A stretch of 64,000 nt of DNA from Eledone cirrhosa (Eukaryota), in assembly GCA_964016885.1 (NCBI GenBank), contig OZ024745.1, positions 25,544,001 through 25,608,000 of the forward strand, read 5' to 3'. The position numbers and the translations under genes are program-made. Position 1 is the first letter of the stretch, and each line of letters begins with the position of its first letter. The notes beneath the pieces were generated by a model. It did not search any database. It saw only the letters and a list, made by a program, of their open reading frames with translations, and was not told the origin of the DNA. Of the stretch, positions 48,853-62,579 are shown one piece after another.

Positions 48853-48974
48853 TTTCGATCGTTTCTAGGATATATATGTGTGTTGGTATGTATATCATAT
48901 AGATCTATGTAAAAATATTACAAACTATCAAAGGAAATATACATACCTTCACATATATATGCCGTCTTCAGAAC
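48853..48974 (-). ncRNA. Degenerate hammerhead with about 100-nt stem II
   Basis: Minus strand: CTGAAGA-long hairpin (atatatatgtg..ggtatgtatat / atatacatacc..cacatatatat)-GAAACGATCG. U16.1 appears mutated. Confidence 0.45.
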
Positions 48975-48999
48975 ATTTTTTTATTCATTGTTTTTATTA

Positions 49000-49094
<95 letters not shown>

Positions 49095-49194
49095 TATATA
49101 TATATATATAGATAATCTCCATTTGGAGACTATGTATATTCCCTTTCAGAAACTAATTAGTTGGAGTATTACTATAATTTTCTTATTTTACGTT

Positions 49195-49287
<93 letters not shown>

Positions 49288-49381
49288 CATATATATATAT
49301 ATCTATATAGATATATAGATATATATATACATATATATATGCATATATCTATATATCTCTATATATATATATGAAAAACGT

Positions 49382-49425
<44 letters not shown>

Positions 49426-49437
49426 CACACATATATA

Positions 49438-49508
<71 letters not shown>

Positions 49509-50274
49509 CGAAGGAGGTGTGGTAAGGAAGCAGATGGACCATAACGCACCAGAGTACTCAATATTTAGGGTAGTAGAGTGGGTGATAATGTTTAAACCCG
49601 ACGGCAGAGCTCAAGCCGTTTCGACTGCTATTTCTGGATAACATAAATTACCAGTAATACACTGGTTTCAATTCAATCGACTTTTCCTTTCTCCCAAATT
49701 TCTGTCGTTTTGCTTATAATAGAAATCATTAATACAAGATGTTGGCGGTGGATTGGCAGTATCGGTAGATGGTCGGATGCCATGCTTTGAAGCATAGAGT
49801 TACCTCCCTGTATGATCTGAGTTCAAATCCCGCCGAGGTTAATTTTGCCTTTCATCCTTCCGTGGTCGATAGAATAAAGTACCAGTAATGCACTGGGTAA
49901 TTGCTGGCCTTGTGCCAAAAGTAGAAACAATTATTACATGATGTTAAGTAGAAATAGAAAGAAATAACTTAATGGCGATTCATAGACGCCTTCTGAAGCA
50001 AGAAACCGGTCTAGACATGCAATTTCAGTTGCATGTGCTGCATTTTATCAGTCGTAGGTCATTGTCCTCTGCTTTCTGCTTTGAACAAACAACAAGCCAC
50101 CGACTTCTGAAATGCAGCGAAACAGACAAAAGTGCAAACATGCTTATTTCCTCCAAGCAGTATAAAAGCACATACACCCATCGTATACATACATAAACAC
50201 ACACATACATACATAACACATACATATATAAGTATATATACATACATATATACATACATATATATATATATATA

Positions 50275-50316
<42 letters not shown>

Positions 50317-50317
<1 letters not shown>

Positions 50318-50777
50318 AAAGTTATATTTAAAATTGTTGGGTTACAACTAGTAAATATTTATAACTGATATAAAAGCACTCGACAAATATTTGGAGTATA
50401 TTTACAATATTAAATAAATGGAAAACTATATTTATAAAACCATATTTATTTCATTATATATATTTCGGGGATATCATATTAACAATATGCTATGCCTTCA
50501 TCAGACAAAATACAATATAAACAGTTTTATAGATAAATAGATTCGACATACCGTTATAACACCGACTTCATTTGAAGAGGTTTAATCTGCCAGCTTAAAC
50601 CTCTTCAAATGAAGTCGGTGTTATAACGGTATGTCGAATCTATTTATCTATAAAACTGTTTATATTGTATTTTGTCTGATGAAGGCATAGCATATTGTTA
50701 ATATGATATCCCCGAAATATATATAATGAAATAAATATGGTTTTATAAATATAGTTTTCCATTTATTTAATATTGTA
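50317..50777. mobile_element. PLE-like fold-back with a hammerhead in each arm (50450-50509 -, 50671-50730 +)
   Basis: Arms 50403-50585 and 50595-50777, tail on the left. TTTGT-CTGATGA-stem II-GAAA-TATATAT-A17-ATGAA. Confidence 0.75.
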
Positions 50778-50895
50778 TATATATATATATATATATTATT
50801 TATTCTTATGTTTATTTTTACGTTTATTTTTATTTTTATTTGTTCTCCTTCCCACTTTTTTCTAAATGTATAACTCTCTTCCTAACCTATTTATC

Positions 50896-50923
50896 CTGAA
50901 GAAGGGCTTATGCCCGAAACGTC
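50896..50923 (+). ncRNA. Hammerhead core lacking stem I
   Basis: CTGAAGA-A-GGGC-ttat-GCCC-GAAACGTC. The flanks do not pair. Confidence 0.5.
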
Positions 50924-51000
50924 CCCCTTCCACTCTCAAGAGCGTGAACCTAATAAACCTTTATTTGTCTGCCTCTCTGTTTTGTTCCCGTCTAAATTTG

Positions 51001-51062
<62 letters not shown>

Positions 51063-51501
51063 ACTTCAATATGACGCGCATTTTACGATTGAACAGCACA
51101 AGGTACAATCGGTAGTGGATAGGGCTCGACTCTGGAATCGATAGCTCATCAGACTTGCGGATTTTTGAAAGGAAGAATCCCAGATCAGTAGCCAGACTCA
51201 CATATTAGCGTTGAGTGCCGAAACTAGTGAACTATCAGTAACTAAACATTACACTCCAACGCAGTATATATCCCTATATGCATGATACCGTAACTCCTGA
51301 GAGTGTCGTAGTGGTGCTGTTTTGACGGTGTTTCTGGGGGTATTTTTGAAACCTAGCGGAGCCCATCTCCTCTCCAGGTCTGAATACAGTAGATTTCTTC
51401 CACAGTGAGATAGAAAGTAAGAGAGAGGAAGTGAGAAAAAGGTATAGAGGAAGATTCGGACCAGTACTAGACTGGTACTTTTTTTTATCGAACGCCAAAG
51501 G

Positions 51502-51753
51502 ATGGCGTAGGACAGAACAAAGGAGAGGCACAGAAACAAAGAAAGGAATCCCCAGTCACTGAAGAGGTCACAGGGTGTGTGACGAAAGAACTGTGACTAT
51601 ATATAAACAATTATCTGGTTGTAGAACCAACCAACCAACCAGAAATTTATAAATTTATAAATTTATTATGAATTTATTATAATAAATTGAAGTGAAAGCA
51701 ACTGGTGCGTGTGTTTCTTATTGGCAACATGACCCTCCCAAAGTATAACAATA
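51502..51753 (+). mobile_element. PLE family C fragment; hammerhead 51554-51598 has G at the cleavage position
   Basis: GAAAGAACT-G-TGAC. An NUG triplet is predicted non-cleaving. Confidence 0.75.
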
Positions 51754-51917
51754 TATATATATATACATATATAATATATATATATATATATAATATATGT
51801 ACAGTTATAACTTTCTCTTATACTTATATATATATGTGTGTGTGTGTATGTATATATATATATATATTTATATTTAAAAGTGCGCTAAGCAGCCGAAGAG
51901 TACGAGAAAGTTATATT

Positions 51918-51949
<32 letters not shown>

Positions 51950-51953
<4 letters not shown>

Positions 51954-52308
51954 GGTTTGAGGTTCACCACTGGATAGAGCTGGTCAATTCCGTATGGTGA
52001 ATCGCAATGTAATAATATAGAGAGTACTCAACGTAAGGCAGTTCAACCGTCTTTGTTTTTGTAGTTGGTGGTGCTATTACGGAGTTAAATATTATAATGA
52101 ATTGACAGGAGGCTGGATTTGTGTAAATCCTTGAAAGGTTTATTATACTATGATCATTTCAATGACCGGGTTCCGTATGAATCCGGTGATATCATCAGGT
52201 ATTCGAAATATAATACGTGAATGTAATAGATAAAATCCATGGGGCTGAAAATCGAGGACCCGAGGGCGACCGCTATTCAGCACCTTCTACCTTTGCCGGT
52301 CGCCCTCC

Positions 52309-52310
<2 letters not shown>
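51950..52310 (-). mobile_element. PLE family A copy with hammerhead at 52145-52202
   Basis: Diverged homolog of 2374-2697. Core and ATGATCAT palindrome conserved. Confidence 0.75.
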
Positions 52311-52339
<29 letters not shown>

Positions 52340-52497
52340 CGAGAGATAAAGATAATAGATATTTAAATAGCTTATGTTACATGTTTAATACAGATACAGT
52401 AACAAACACACACACACACACATATATATATATGTATATGTATAAGTACATATTTGTATGCTCGCGTGGGTGTCTTTTTCTATATGCTTATAATCAT

Positions 52498-52578
<81 letters not shown>

Positions 52579-53209
52579 AACTTCAGATTTTTTACACAAT
52601 ACAAACAAGGACTATCACACGTACACACATACGCAGCACGCACGGGCGTGCAAACACAAGCACACCGAGACAGACACACATACACACACAACAGAGTAAG
52701 ACATACGCGCACCTGAATACAAAACCCTAGTGAAGCAAGCTTTTTACATTCATGAAATAAAACAAACTACCATTCAGAAAATTGCATTCTTTATTTTTTC
52801 TGAATGACGAAGGCTTGTATAGAAAAAGATCCCTACTTTATGAAACCTTCCGGCATTGGTGGGATAGGAATATATATTCCCAGCTCTAGTCTTACATCCC
52901 TACTTCCTACGTTATCACACCTTCTTTTCCACTCTCCTAGAAGCTCATCTTAACTATCTATATCTCCCTTTCATTCATTTTTTTTTCATACTCTACGTTT
53001 TTTTTACGTCTTGATTTTATATTTACCGTGTTTGTGGTATTCATTCATTCATTCATTTCTGTCCCTTTTCCCCGTCCCTTTAACTGCATCGTGCATACAT
53101 ACATACATACATACATACATACATACATACATACATACATACATGATGGCTACCCCCTCGTTATCGAGTATGGCCATTGCACGATATAACATTATTAATA
53201 ATTATCAAT

Positions 53210-53400
53210 TAATTGTTTCTACTTTTTGGCACAAGGCCAGCAATTATCCAGTGCATTACTGGTACTTTATTTTATCGACCCCGTAAGGATGAAAGGCAAA
53301 GTTAACCTCGGCGGGATTTGAACTCAAACCATAAAGGGGCGTAACTCTTTGCTGCAAAGCATGGCGTCAGACCCTCTACCGATACTGCCAATCCACCGCC
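53210..53400 (-). mobile_element. Full-length Nin/Deu SINE with candidate target-site duplication
   Basis: attaataattatcaattaat occurs on both sides. Confidence 0.85.
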
Positions 53401-53724
53401 CTCGATAGCATTAATAATTATCAATTAATGCTATCGAGCAATGCCTGTGCGTGAAGATATGTTTTAAAGTGAGGAAAGACTGTGCACTGAGCCAATCCCA
53501 CTCTCTGAGCGACAGTAGCTATAACCCGAAAAGAAGAAGAGATCAACATCATCTGTAACTACTGAGCCGCAGGTTTTATATCGGAGTTATCCCAGTTTCC
53601 TGAGTTGCCTTCTCCTAGAAGAATGCCCTGACAAAGGCTAGAGGTCCTTCACTCCCAGTGGTTTAACCGTGCGATCGGGTATCCAGCGCGATTATTTCTA
53701 TGTCCCCGCGCATATAGATACACG

Positions 53725-53798
<74 letters not shown>

Positions 53799-54431
53799 CA
53801 GAAGGGATATTCAATTTCTTGGTAATTCAACAAATCTAAATGTTTATAACTCATTCAGAGCACTCGACAGTTTTCTGGAGTATAATATTCAACATTATTT
53901 TAATTCTGACATTATTTTTCTAATGACACCTCTCTAAATATATGTTTTAGATGTAGATTGATAATCTTTAAATGACATTCTGAAAATTTAACCTCTCTAC
54001 GATAGTTCTTCGAAAAGCACATTACGTTTTTCCTCTCTTTTTGTTATTCAAACATTCACACATCTTTCGACTAAAATCATTTCTCGGCCTTCCGCTTACA
54101 TCAGAAACCATTATATAATGTAGGCGTATATACCTTTAATTAGACAGGTCATATTACTTGATTCGAGTTTTGGCTTCATCTACCGCTAACATCATCAATA
54201 AATATTACATATAAATATAAATATGTAATATAAAATATAAATATAATATAAAAAATATAAATATAAAACATATAGCAATAATACTAAAAAACTTCTGAAT
54301 TCAATGAAAAATAAAACAACTCCTTTCCTCAAGAAAACCCCTAAAGTATAGCATTTATCAGCGTTATTTCCTATTTCCTTCGTCTTATTTTGTCACTAAT
54401 TGATTACACACAATGTGTGTGTGTGTGAATG

Positions 54432-54477
<46 letters not shown>

Positions 54478-54628
54478 CCAAAATTAAATTAAGGATGTCA
54501 TGTCTGAGAAACAAACAAACTATAAATTAGTTACCTACCAGCTGTGTGTGATTACACTCTTTACAATCCCCTGTGATTGTTTCATATTTTTATTTTATAT
54601 ATATAAATATGTCAATCGATTTCTAGTT

Positions 54629-54759
<131 letters not shown>

Positions 54760-54849
54760 GAATATAAAAGAAAGATAAACACAGATATAAAGATATATGT
54801 GTTCAAATCGTAAGGGACCAGATTCGCTAGGGAGAAAAAAATAGTCTTT

Positions 54850-55030
54850 TTTTCAGAAGATCCCGTTAAGGGTGAAAGCAGCGATTCTTTGCTTAAACTT
54901 TAATCTGTTATTTTTATAAATATTTGCTCTAGGCTTCTTATATATTTGATATATATCTATCCTTATCGAGCCCTCTTTGGATTTTAGTCTTCAAATTTAT
55001 TATTATTACTATTATTATTACTATTATTAT
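54850..55030 (+). mobile_element. PLE-like family D arm with tail
   Basis: ttt-CAGAAGA-TCCC-gttaa-GGGT-GAAA-GCA..TGCT-T-AAA. Confidence 0.7.
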
Positions 55031-55293
55031 TACTATATAGAGGGCGGTCCCTTTACGATCTGAGTTCAAATCCCGCCGAGGTTGACTTTGCCTTTCATCC
55101 TTACGGGGTCGATAAAATAAAGTACCAGTAATGCACTGGGTAATTGCTGGCCTTGTGCCTAAAGTAGAAACAATTACTATTATTATTACTATATATATAT
55201 ATATATAATATATGTATTATATATATGTATGTATATATATATATATATACGTATATATATATATACGTATATATAAATATATACATATGTATG

Positions 55294-55331
<38 letters not shown>

Positions 55332-56689
55332 CGTGGTGCGTGTGTATATACATATGTCTGCGAACGTCCATTTATGCAGAATGAATGTATAGTAACAACA
55401 ACGCTTCATTTTATTCGGTCCTTTATGGTCTGAGTTCAAATCCCGCCGAGGTTAACTTTGCCTTTCATCCTTACGGGGTCGATAAAGTAAAGTACCAGTA
55501 ATGTACTGGGTAATTGCTGGCCTTGTGCCAAAAGTAGAAACAATTAATATCTTTATACAGACAGAGAAAGAGGAGGAGGAGGGTTTCCATACACACGTAA
55601 AAATAATACATATATAGCACACGTGAGTGCACTAACACACTCACAAACACACGCGCACACACGCGTACACACACACACACACACGCGCGCGCACACACAC
55701 ACATATATATATATATAAGAGAGTATTGAAGTTTGCTTGAAGCATTGTGGAACAATAAGTAAATATCTTTAAGTCGTTTGGAAGCCTCGACAATGCAGAT
55801 GGGTAAATCTCCGGGTAACAAGGTCCGGTGGTGGAGAGAGAGATGTAAGTGGGTGTACGTTGAGATGCGTGGTGTGTATAAGATGTGTGAGATGTGTAGA
55901 ATGAAGGGAAGAGTATAAAGGATAAAATAAAAATAACAACACAAGAGAGAGTTACCTTGGGAGAGATTTAATAGTCCCTATATATTTCGGATTCACATCC
56001 ATCAACTGGGGTTTTTTTCCCGGGGTGGGGAAAAGGTTGTCTGTCGGACATGTCCGGAACGCGTCCTTCGCTGTTTGTTGTTTTGAATATTTTGTGCATT
56101 ATTGCATGATAAATGCAGGCAATGGATGCTATACGCTCTCTTACTGCATTAAGTGTGGCAGAAACTCGAGTACGGCTATAAATTTATGGCACCCATTTAT
56201 GCGTGATGTATCGAGGCAAATAACTTTGTGTTTACTCTGGGATTTATACATAACCTTACCTATTGAGTACGCTGCGATGCAACCGGTTCGAGCAGGGAAA
56301 CATTATGCTAGTCCCGTTAACCTCTTATTCGGTGGTTTGGCAGTATCGGTAGAACGTCAAACACCATGCTTTGCAGCATAGAGTTATGACCCTTTACGTT
56401 CTGACTTCCAATCCGCCGAGGTTAACTTTGCCTTTCATCCTTACGGGGTCGATAAAATAAAGTACCAGTAACGCACTGAGGTAATTGCTCGCCTTGTGCC
56501 AAAAGTAGAAACAATTATATATATATATTCATGAATAAACAAGAAAAATACAGAGATGCAAAAACACTGCGCAGTAAGGTTTCATTCCCCCCCACCCAGG
56601 GCGTCTTTAAAAGCAACATATTTCACCTAAGTTTTATGTGGGTGCTTTAAGATCCACGGCTTTGACCAGATTTCTAATGACATCGAGGC

Positions 56690-56810
56690 TTCCTGAAAAG
56701 CGCTCAAAGATACCACTTAAGCAGCCCCTGTAGAAGTCGTTGGATTTCCTATGAGAAAACACCAGCACTGGTTTGATGAAAGAAACTCAGATGTCCAGAA
56801 TCTTATCAAC
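56690..56810 (+). pseudogene. RTE ORF remnant
   Basis: Peptide EVVGFPMRKHQHWFDERNSDVQ resembles the RTE KHQDWFDEN motif. Confidence 0.5.
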
Positions 56811-57285
56811 GAGATGCATAGCCGAAGTAGGCTTTGGATTGGAGATAAAAACTCAGCAACTTAAAAGAAAGCATATAAAGATTGTAAGCATCCTATCTAT
56901 TCTACAGACTTCTCAAACTTCTTCATACCTTTTCCGAATACGTAGACAGCTCACACGAAGTAATCAACACACTAAAAGACCTTAACCCCAGCATACGTAG
57001 ACAGAATAGATACCCCTGTAGCTTAGACGTAGTTTCCTTTTAAACCTCTGCCACCTCCAGCGAAGAGCTGGGTAAGGGAACACTGTCTTGGTAACAACCA
57101 GATACAGAAACGATGATCGTCGTCTACAGTTCTCCACCCTTACTTCTGTTGGAATAAGCTAGATGGCGCTACATCATTAGTTTCCAAAATTAATAGCTGA
57201 AGGCTTTCAAATGTTTATTCATAAACATACCGTATATCGCTAAATATACAAAATATTCATACGTATATATATATATATTTATATA

Positions 57286-57322
<37 letters not shown>

Positions 57323-57396
57323 GTATGAATATTTTGTATATTTAGCGATATACGGTATAGTTTTATATATAGTTTTATATATATATATATATATAT

Positions 57397-57958
57397 ATAA
57401 CTCTATTTGGAAAGCATGGTGTCAGACCCTCTACCGATACTGCCAATCCACAATAATATAAGTCCTTTATATTTTGATTGGGATAGAAATGCACTCAACA
57501 TTTGTAAACTAACATTTAAGTTCTAACGACTTGAAAACTGGATTCATCTGAAAGATAACACCATGAAGTTATAAAAGAGTCGACAGATTTAGAAGGATTG
57601 ATATTCGAAAGAAATTGAAATACGCACCCTCACAGATACATACCCCAATATATGTGTGTATATAATATATATATATATACACACATATATTATATACACA
57701 CATATATTGGGGTATGTATCTGTGAGGGTGCGTATTTCAATTTCTTTCGAATATCAATCCTTCTAAATATGTCGGCTCTTTTATAACTTCATGGTGTTAT
57801 CTTTCAGATGAATCCAGTTTTCAAGTCGTTAGAACTTAAATGTTAGTTTACAAATGTTGAGTGCATTTCTATCCCAATCAAAATATAAAGGACTTATATT
57901 ATTGTGGATTGGCAGTATCGGTAGAGGGTCTGACACCATGCTTTCCAGATAGAGTTAC
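57397..57958. repeat. About 270-bp inverted duplication including a SINE head
   Basis: Arms about 57397-57669 and 57686-57958 around a TA/CA tract. Confidence 0.85.
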
Positions 57959-58647
57959 GGCCTCTAATGATCTGAGTTAAAATCCCACCGAGGTTAACTT
58001 TGCTTTTCATCCCTTTGGGGTCGATAAAATAAAGTACCAGTAATGCACTAGGATAATTGCTGGCCTTCTGCCAAAAATAGGAACAATTATTATGTGAGTC
58101 TAGAAAGGAATGAGGCATCAGACCACCATCGGATTCTATGGATAACCAGAAGCAAACGAGCAAGTATATACAGACACACAAACACACACACACATACACA
58201 CACATATGCACACGCTTGCACGCTTGTATCATGAAGGGACATTAAATTAAAATAAATTGTGACATAAATGTTAAAGGCAGTATAGTACAATAGTATAAAG
58301 CACTTATCCAAGAGCTTCTGAAAATTAGGGACCCGTAGTAAATGTTACACATGCTCTGAAGTTAACTTATTCTGGAAAGAAGAAAGCGAATTTAGCCTCA
58401 CAAGTATTACTTTGCGAGAAATATCCTAGTTGAATAAAAAAGGTCAGTCTTTTGGTGGCTGTGTGTGGCAGGAAACCATCGTGGGAAAAATATATATACA
58501 GACACACACATATCTACGTTATACGCACACACACACACATATCTACGTTATACGCACACACACACACAGACACACACAGACACACACACACATATATATA
58601 TGATATTTTTAATTAAACATACAGTATATTATCAAATATGCTATACA

Positions 58648-58730
<83 letters not shown>

Positions 58731-58876
58731 ATACTTTGGGAGGGTCATGTTGCCAATAAGAAACACACGAACCAGTTGCTTTCACTTCAATTTATTATAA
58801 TAAATTTATAAATTTAGGAATTTATAAATTTCTGGTTGGTTGGTTGGTTCCACAACCAGATAGTTGTTTATATATT

Positions 58877-58919
58877 GTCAAAGTTCTTTCGTCACACATT
58901 ATGTGACCTCTTCAGTGAC
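58877..58919 (-). ncRNA. Type I hammerhead ribozyme motif in PLE 3' UTR
   Basis: GTCA-CTGAAGA-G-GTCACA-taatg-TGTGAC-GAAAGAACT-T-TGAC. Confidence 0.85.
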
Positions 58920-59120
58920 TGGGGATTCTTTTCTTTGTTTTTCTGCCTCTCCTTTGTTCTGTCCTACGCCATTTTGTTTCTGTGTGTGTGTTATGTGCTC
59001 AGTCTGCGCATGCGCCACATCCGGGTGTCTGTGTGTGTTTATATTCGTTTATTTATTTGTTTATTTACATGTTACCGGTTGGTTGTTTTTTCTATGTGCG
59101 TGTGTGTTTTCATTTTGTCC

Positions 59121-59609
59121 TTAATTGTAACTTGTGATGCTGCTGTTCCACTCATATTTTCTATTTAATTTTGGTTGTAATTCTTTTATGTTTATTGCCT
59201 CTGTGATTTGTCTAAACATTGCGTCTTTTCTGTGTGTAGATTCTATTTTTATTTCTATGTTCTCTAATTTACCCTTATGTTCTATTTTAGCATGTTGGTA
59301 GGGTACAGATGATTCTTTACTATCTTGAAGGTCTCGCCAGTGTTCATTTATCCGTTCCCCTACACTACGAGCTGTCTCACCTATGTACACTATATTTTTG
59401 TCTCTACATTGTCCTTCAGTACATCTTATGCTATACACTACATTTCTAGTTTTACAGTTAATATGGGGGCTTATTTTACAGGTTATACATTTCTTATCTA
59501 TACAGGGGGGTCTTTGAAAAGGGTATGTCTTGCTAATAAGTGTTTTTACGGAGGTACCTGGTTTTTCTACTATCTTAATATTGAGTTTATGTTTATCTAG
59601 GGCCCTTCT
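59121..59609 (-). pseudogene. PLE GIY-YIG endonuclease domain (5'-truncated ORF)
   Basis: C..C..C linker, then NVVYSIRC..C...VYIGETARSVGERINEH...QH...H...RQITEAINIKELQPKLN, the PLE GIY-YIG signature. No genuine start codon. Confidence 0.9.
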
Positions 59610-59644
59610 AAATTCAGAAACGAAATATATATATATATATATCT

Positions 59645-59985
59645 CTATCAATCTAAGGCGGGTAAAATTCCCGAGATCCATGGACGAGTTCTCTCCAGCG
59701 GTCTCTGTCCCTCATTATCGCTGCCATATCCTGCATCTCCAACAGACCAGTGTCTGTCCTTAGGGCATCAAAATATGTTAACCTTGGTCTTCCTCTTCTA
59801 GTGTGTCCATGTAGGGGCTCCCAAAGGAGAACTGAGTGCAATGTCAACTCTGGATGTCGGTGAGTATGTCCAGCCAACCTGAGTCTCCTCTGTGTCACTT
59901 TTGAGCTGACTTTTGGGATGCTCCCATACAGCTCTGAGTTTTTCATCCTCAGTGTATACTGATTAATGTTCAGAGCCATCCTCTG
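59645..59985 (-). mobile_element. RTE/RTEX-like LINE 3' fragment in (TA)n
   Basis: Peptide RRLRLAGHTHRHPELTLHSVLLWEPLHGHTRRGRPRLTY...DRDRWR. Confidence 0.8.
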
Positions 59986-59992
59986 TATATAT

Positions 59993-60492
59993 ATATTATT
60001 AAAAATATTAATAAATGGAGACATTCACGTAATCAAAATATATGTTTTATTATATATATTTCGGAGGTACTGTGCTGTTTTTTCAGTACGTCCTCATCAG
60101 ATAAAATACATAAATTGATGTATGACATACATCAACTTATATCTCGCTACATATCCCTCTCCATCATATTTAGTTTGTCATGTTATTACTATAAATGTTG
60201 AGTTTTGTTGTAATAAATCACTGCCAAGACTGGAATTGAACCATCAGCACAGTTGAGGTATGTCATACATCAATTTACGTATTTTATCTGATGAGGACAT
60301 ACTGAAAAAACAGCACAGTACCTCCGAAATATATATAATAAAACATATATTTTGATTACGTGAATGTCTCCATTTATTAATATTTTGAATAATATTAATA
60401 ACTCCAGAAAATTTCATTGTTGAGTGCTTTTAATCTATTATAAAACTATATTCATTGAATAATCAATGAACCTTGTTTAACATTTGGTCATA
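59993..60492. mobile_element. PLE-like fold-back with a hammerhead in each arm (60045-60106 -, 60282-60343 +)
   Basis: Arms about 59993-60137 and 60251-60395, tail to about 60492. TTTTAT-CTGATGA-GGA..TACTG/CAGTA..TCC-GAAA-TATATAT-A17-ATAAAA. Confidence 0.8.
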
Positions 60493-60564
<72 letters not shown>

Positions 60565-60613
60565 CTAAAAAGCTTTCTCCGATATTGTATTTATTTATAT
60601 ATATATATATATC

Positions 60614-60644
<31 letters not shown>

Positions 60645-60864
60645 GATATGAGGACAGTGTGTGATTCCTCATACTGAGACTGCTGGAATTTCAAATTTGG
60701 CGGTCATTCTGATACGGAGAGAGACCATCGCTGACATGGGATTAGACATCGGTAAGAGAGTTTTTTTTATATCGATGTTTGACGGGCCTCCACTGATGAT
60801 TTATAAGTGCCCACCTGCATATATATAAGATATATATAAGATATATATATATATATATATATAT

Positions 60865-61197
<333 letters not shown>

Positions 61198-61395
61198 AAC
61201 GAGTAGGACCCCGACGGCTGAGCTCAAGCCGTTTCGACGGCTAATTCTGGACTAAAAAAGTCCATAATTAGCCGTCGAAACGGCTTGAGCTCAGCCGTCG
61301 GGGTCCTACTCGTTCCTATTACACACTCTACTACCCTAAGTATTGAGTACTTTGGTGCGTTATGGTCCACCTGGTTCCTTACCACATTTCCTTCG

Positions 61396-61457
<62 letters not shown>

Positions 61458-61762
61458 TAATATATATATATATATGATATAGTATGTGTGTCAGAGTGTG
61501 TGAAGCATTTGAGGCAGTGTGCCAAAGAGATACACAACACATGTGAACATAATATTAATCTATAAAAAGTAGAAAAGTAGAACAGCGGTCAACGTTCTCC
61601 AGCAAATTTACAGCTATTTATTTAAAACGAAATCAGTTCAAAGGAATATCTCACGCTCTCTCTGTGTAGATGAACCACTGACTGACTGAATATACATAGC
61701 ACTTCTAGTTACTACTACTACTACTGCTGCTACTGCTACTGCTGCTACATCTGCTGCTGCTG

Positions 61763-61810
<48 letters not shown>

Positions 61811-61846
61811 ATACTACCACCACCACCACTACTCTACCACCACCAT

Positions 61847-61903
<57 letters not shown>

Positions 61904-62270
61904 CACCATCACCACTACTACTACTACTACTACTACTACCACCCCTACTACTCTACTACCACCACCACCACTACTACTACCACTACTACCACCACCACTA
62001 CTACTCTACCACCACCACCACCACCACCAACACCACCACTATTACTACTACTACCACTACCACTACTACCACCACCACTACTACTCTACCAGCACCACCA
62101 CCACTACTACTACCACTACTACTACTACTACCACTACTACTACTACTACCACCACCACCAACACCACTACCACCACCACCAACACTACTACTACTACCAC
62201 CACTACTACCACCACCACTACTACCACCACCACCACCACCACCACCACCACCACCACCACCACCACCACC

Positions 62271-62324
<54 letters not shown>

Positions 62325-62510
62325 TCCACCACTACCACTACTACCACCACTACTACTAGGTGTGCACTTGTGTCTATCTCTGCAGTATTGTCTGTTTTGC
62401 TTAGTTGTGGGATTAGTCTTGTTGCGTCGGCTTTTATTTCACTGGATATGTTGTGTAGAAAACGGGCAGTGTCAATAGTTTCGTATGTGCTGAGTTGGTT
62501 GTGTGTGTAT

Positions 62511-62542
<32 letters not shown>

Positions 62543-62579
62543 GTGTGTGTAAATATATATATATGTATATAGTATTAAG

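Larger units (their letters stand above)
58722..59626 (-). mobile_element. 5'-truncated Penelope-like retrotransposon (family C)
   Basis: GIY-YIG ORF end, 3' UTR with hammerhead, and an inverted 17-nt tail at 59610-59626. (TA)n on both sides. Confidence 0.9.

Noticed and set aside
51120-51235. Hammerhead halves near 51146(-) and 51220(+), also 35470-35535(-) and 54060-54105(-)
   Set aside because: Only one core half is present, or the cores are mutated without convincing stems.
59610-59681. N-terminus of the 186-aa GIY-YIG ORF as a real start
   Set aside because: It is chimeric: the neighbouring RTE fragment, a (TA)n run and the inverted tail.
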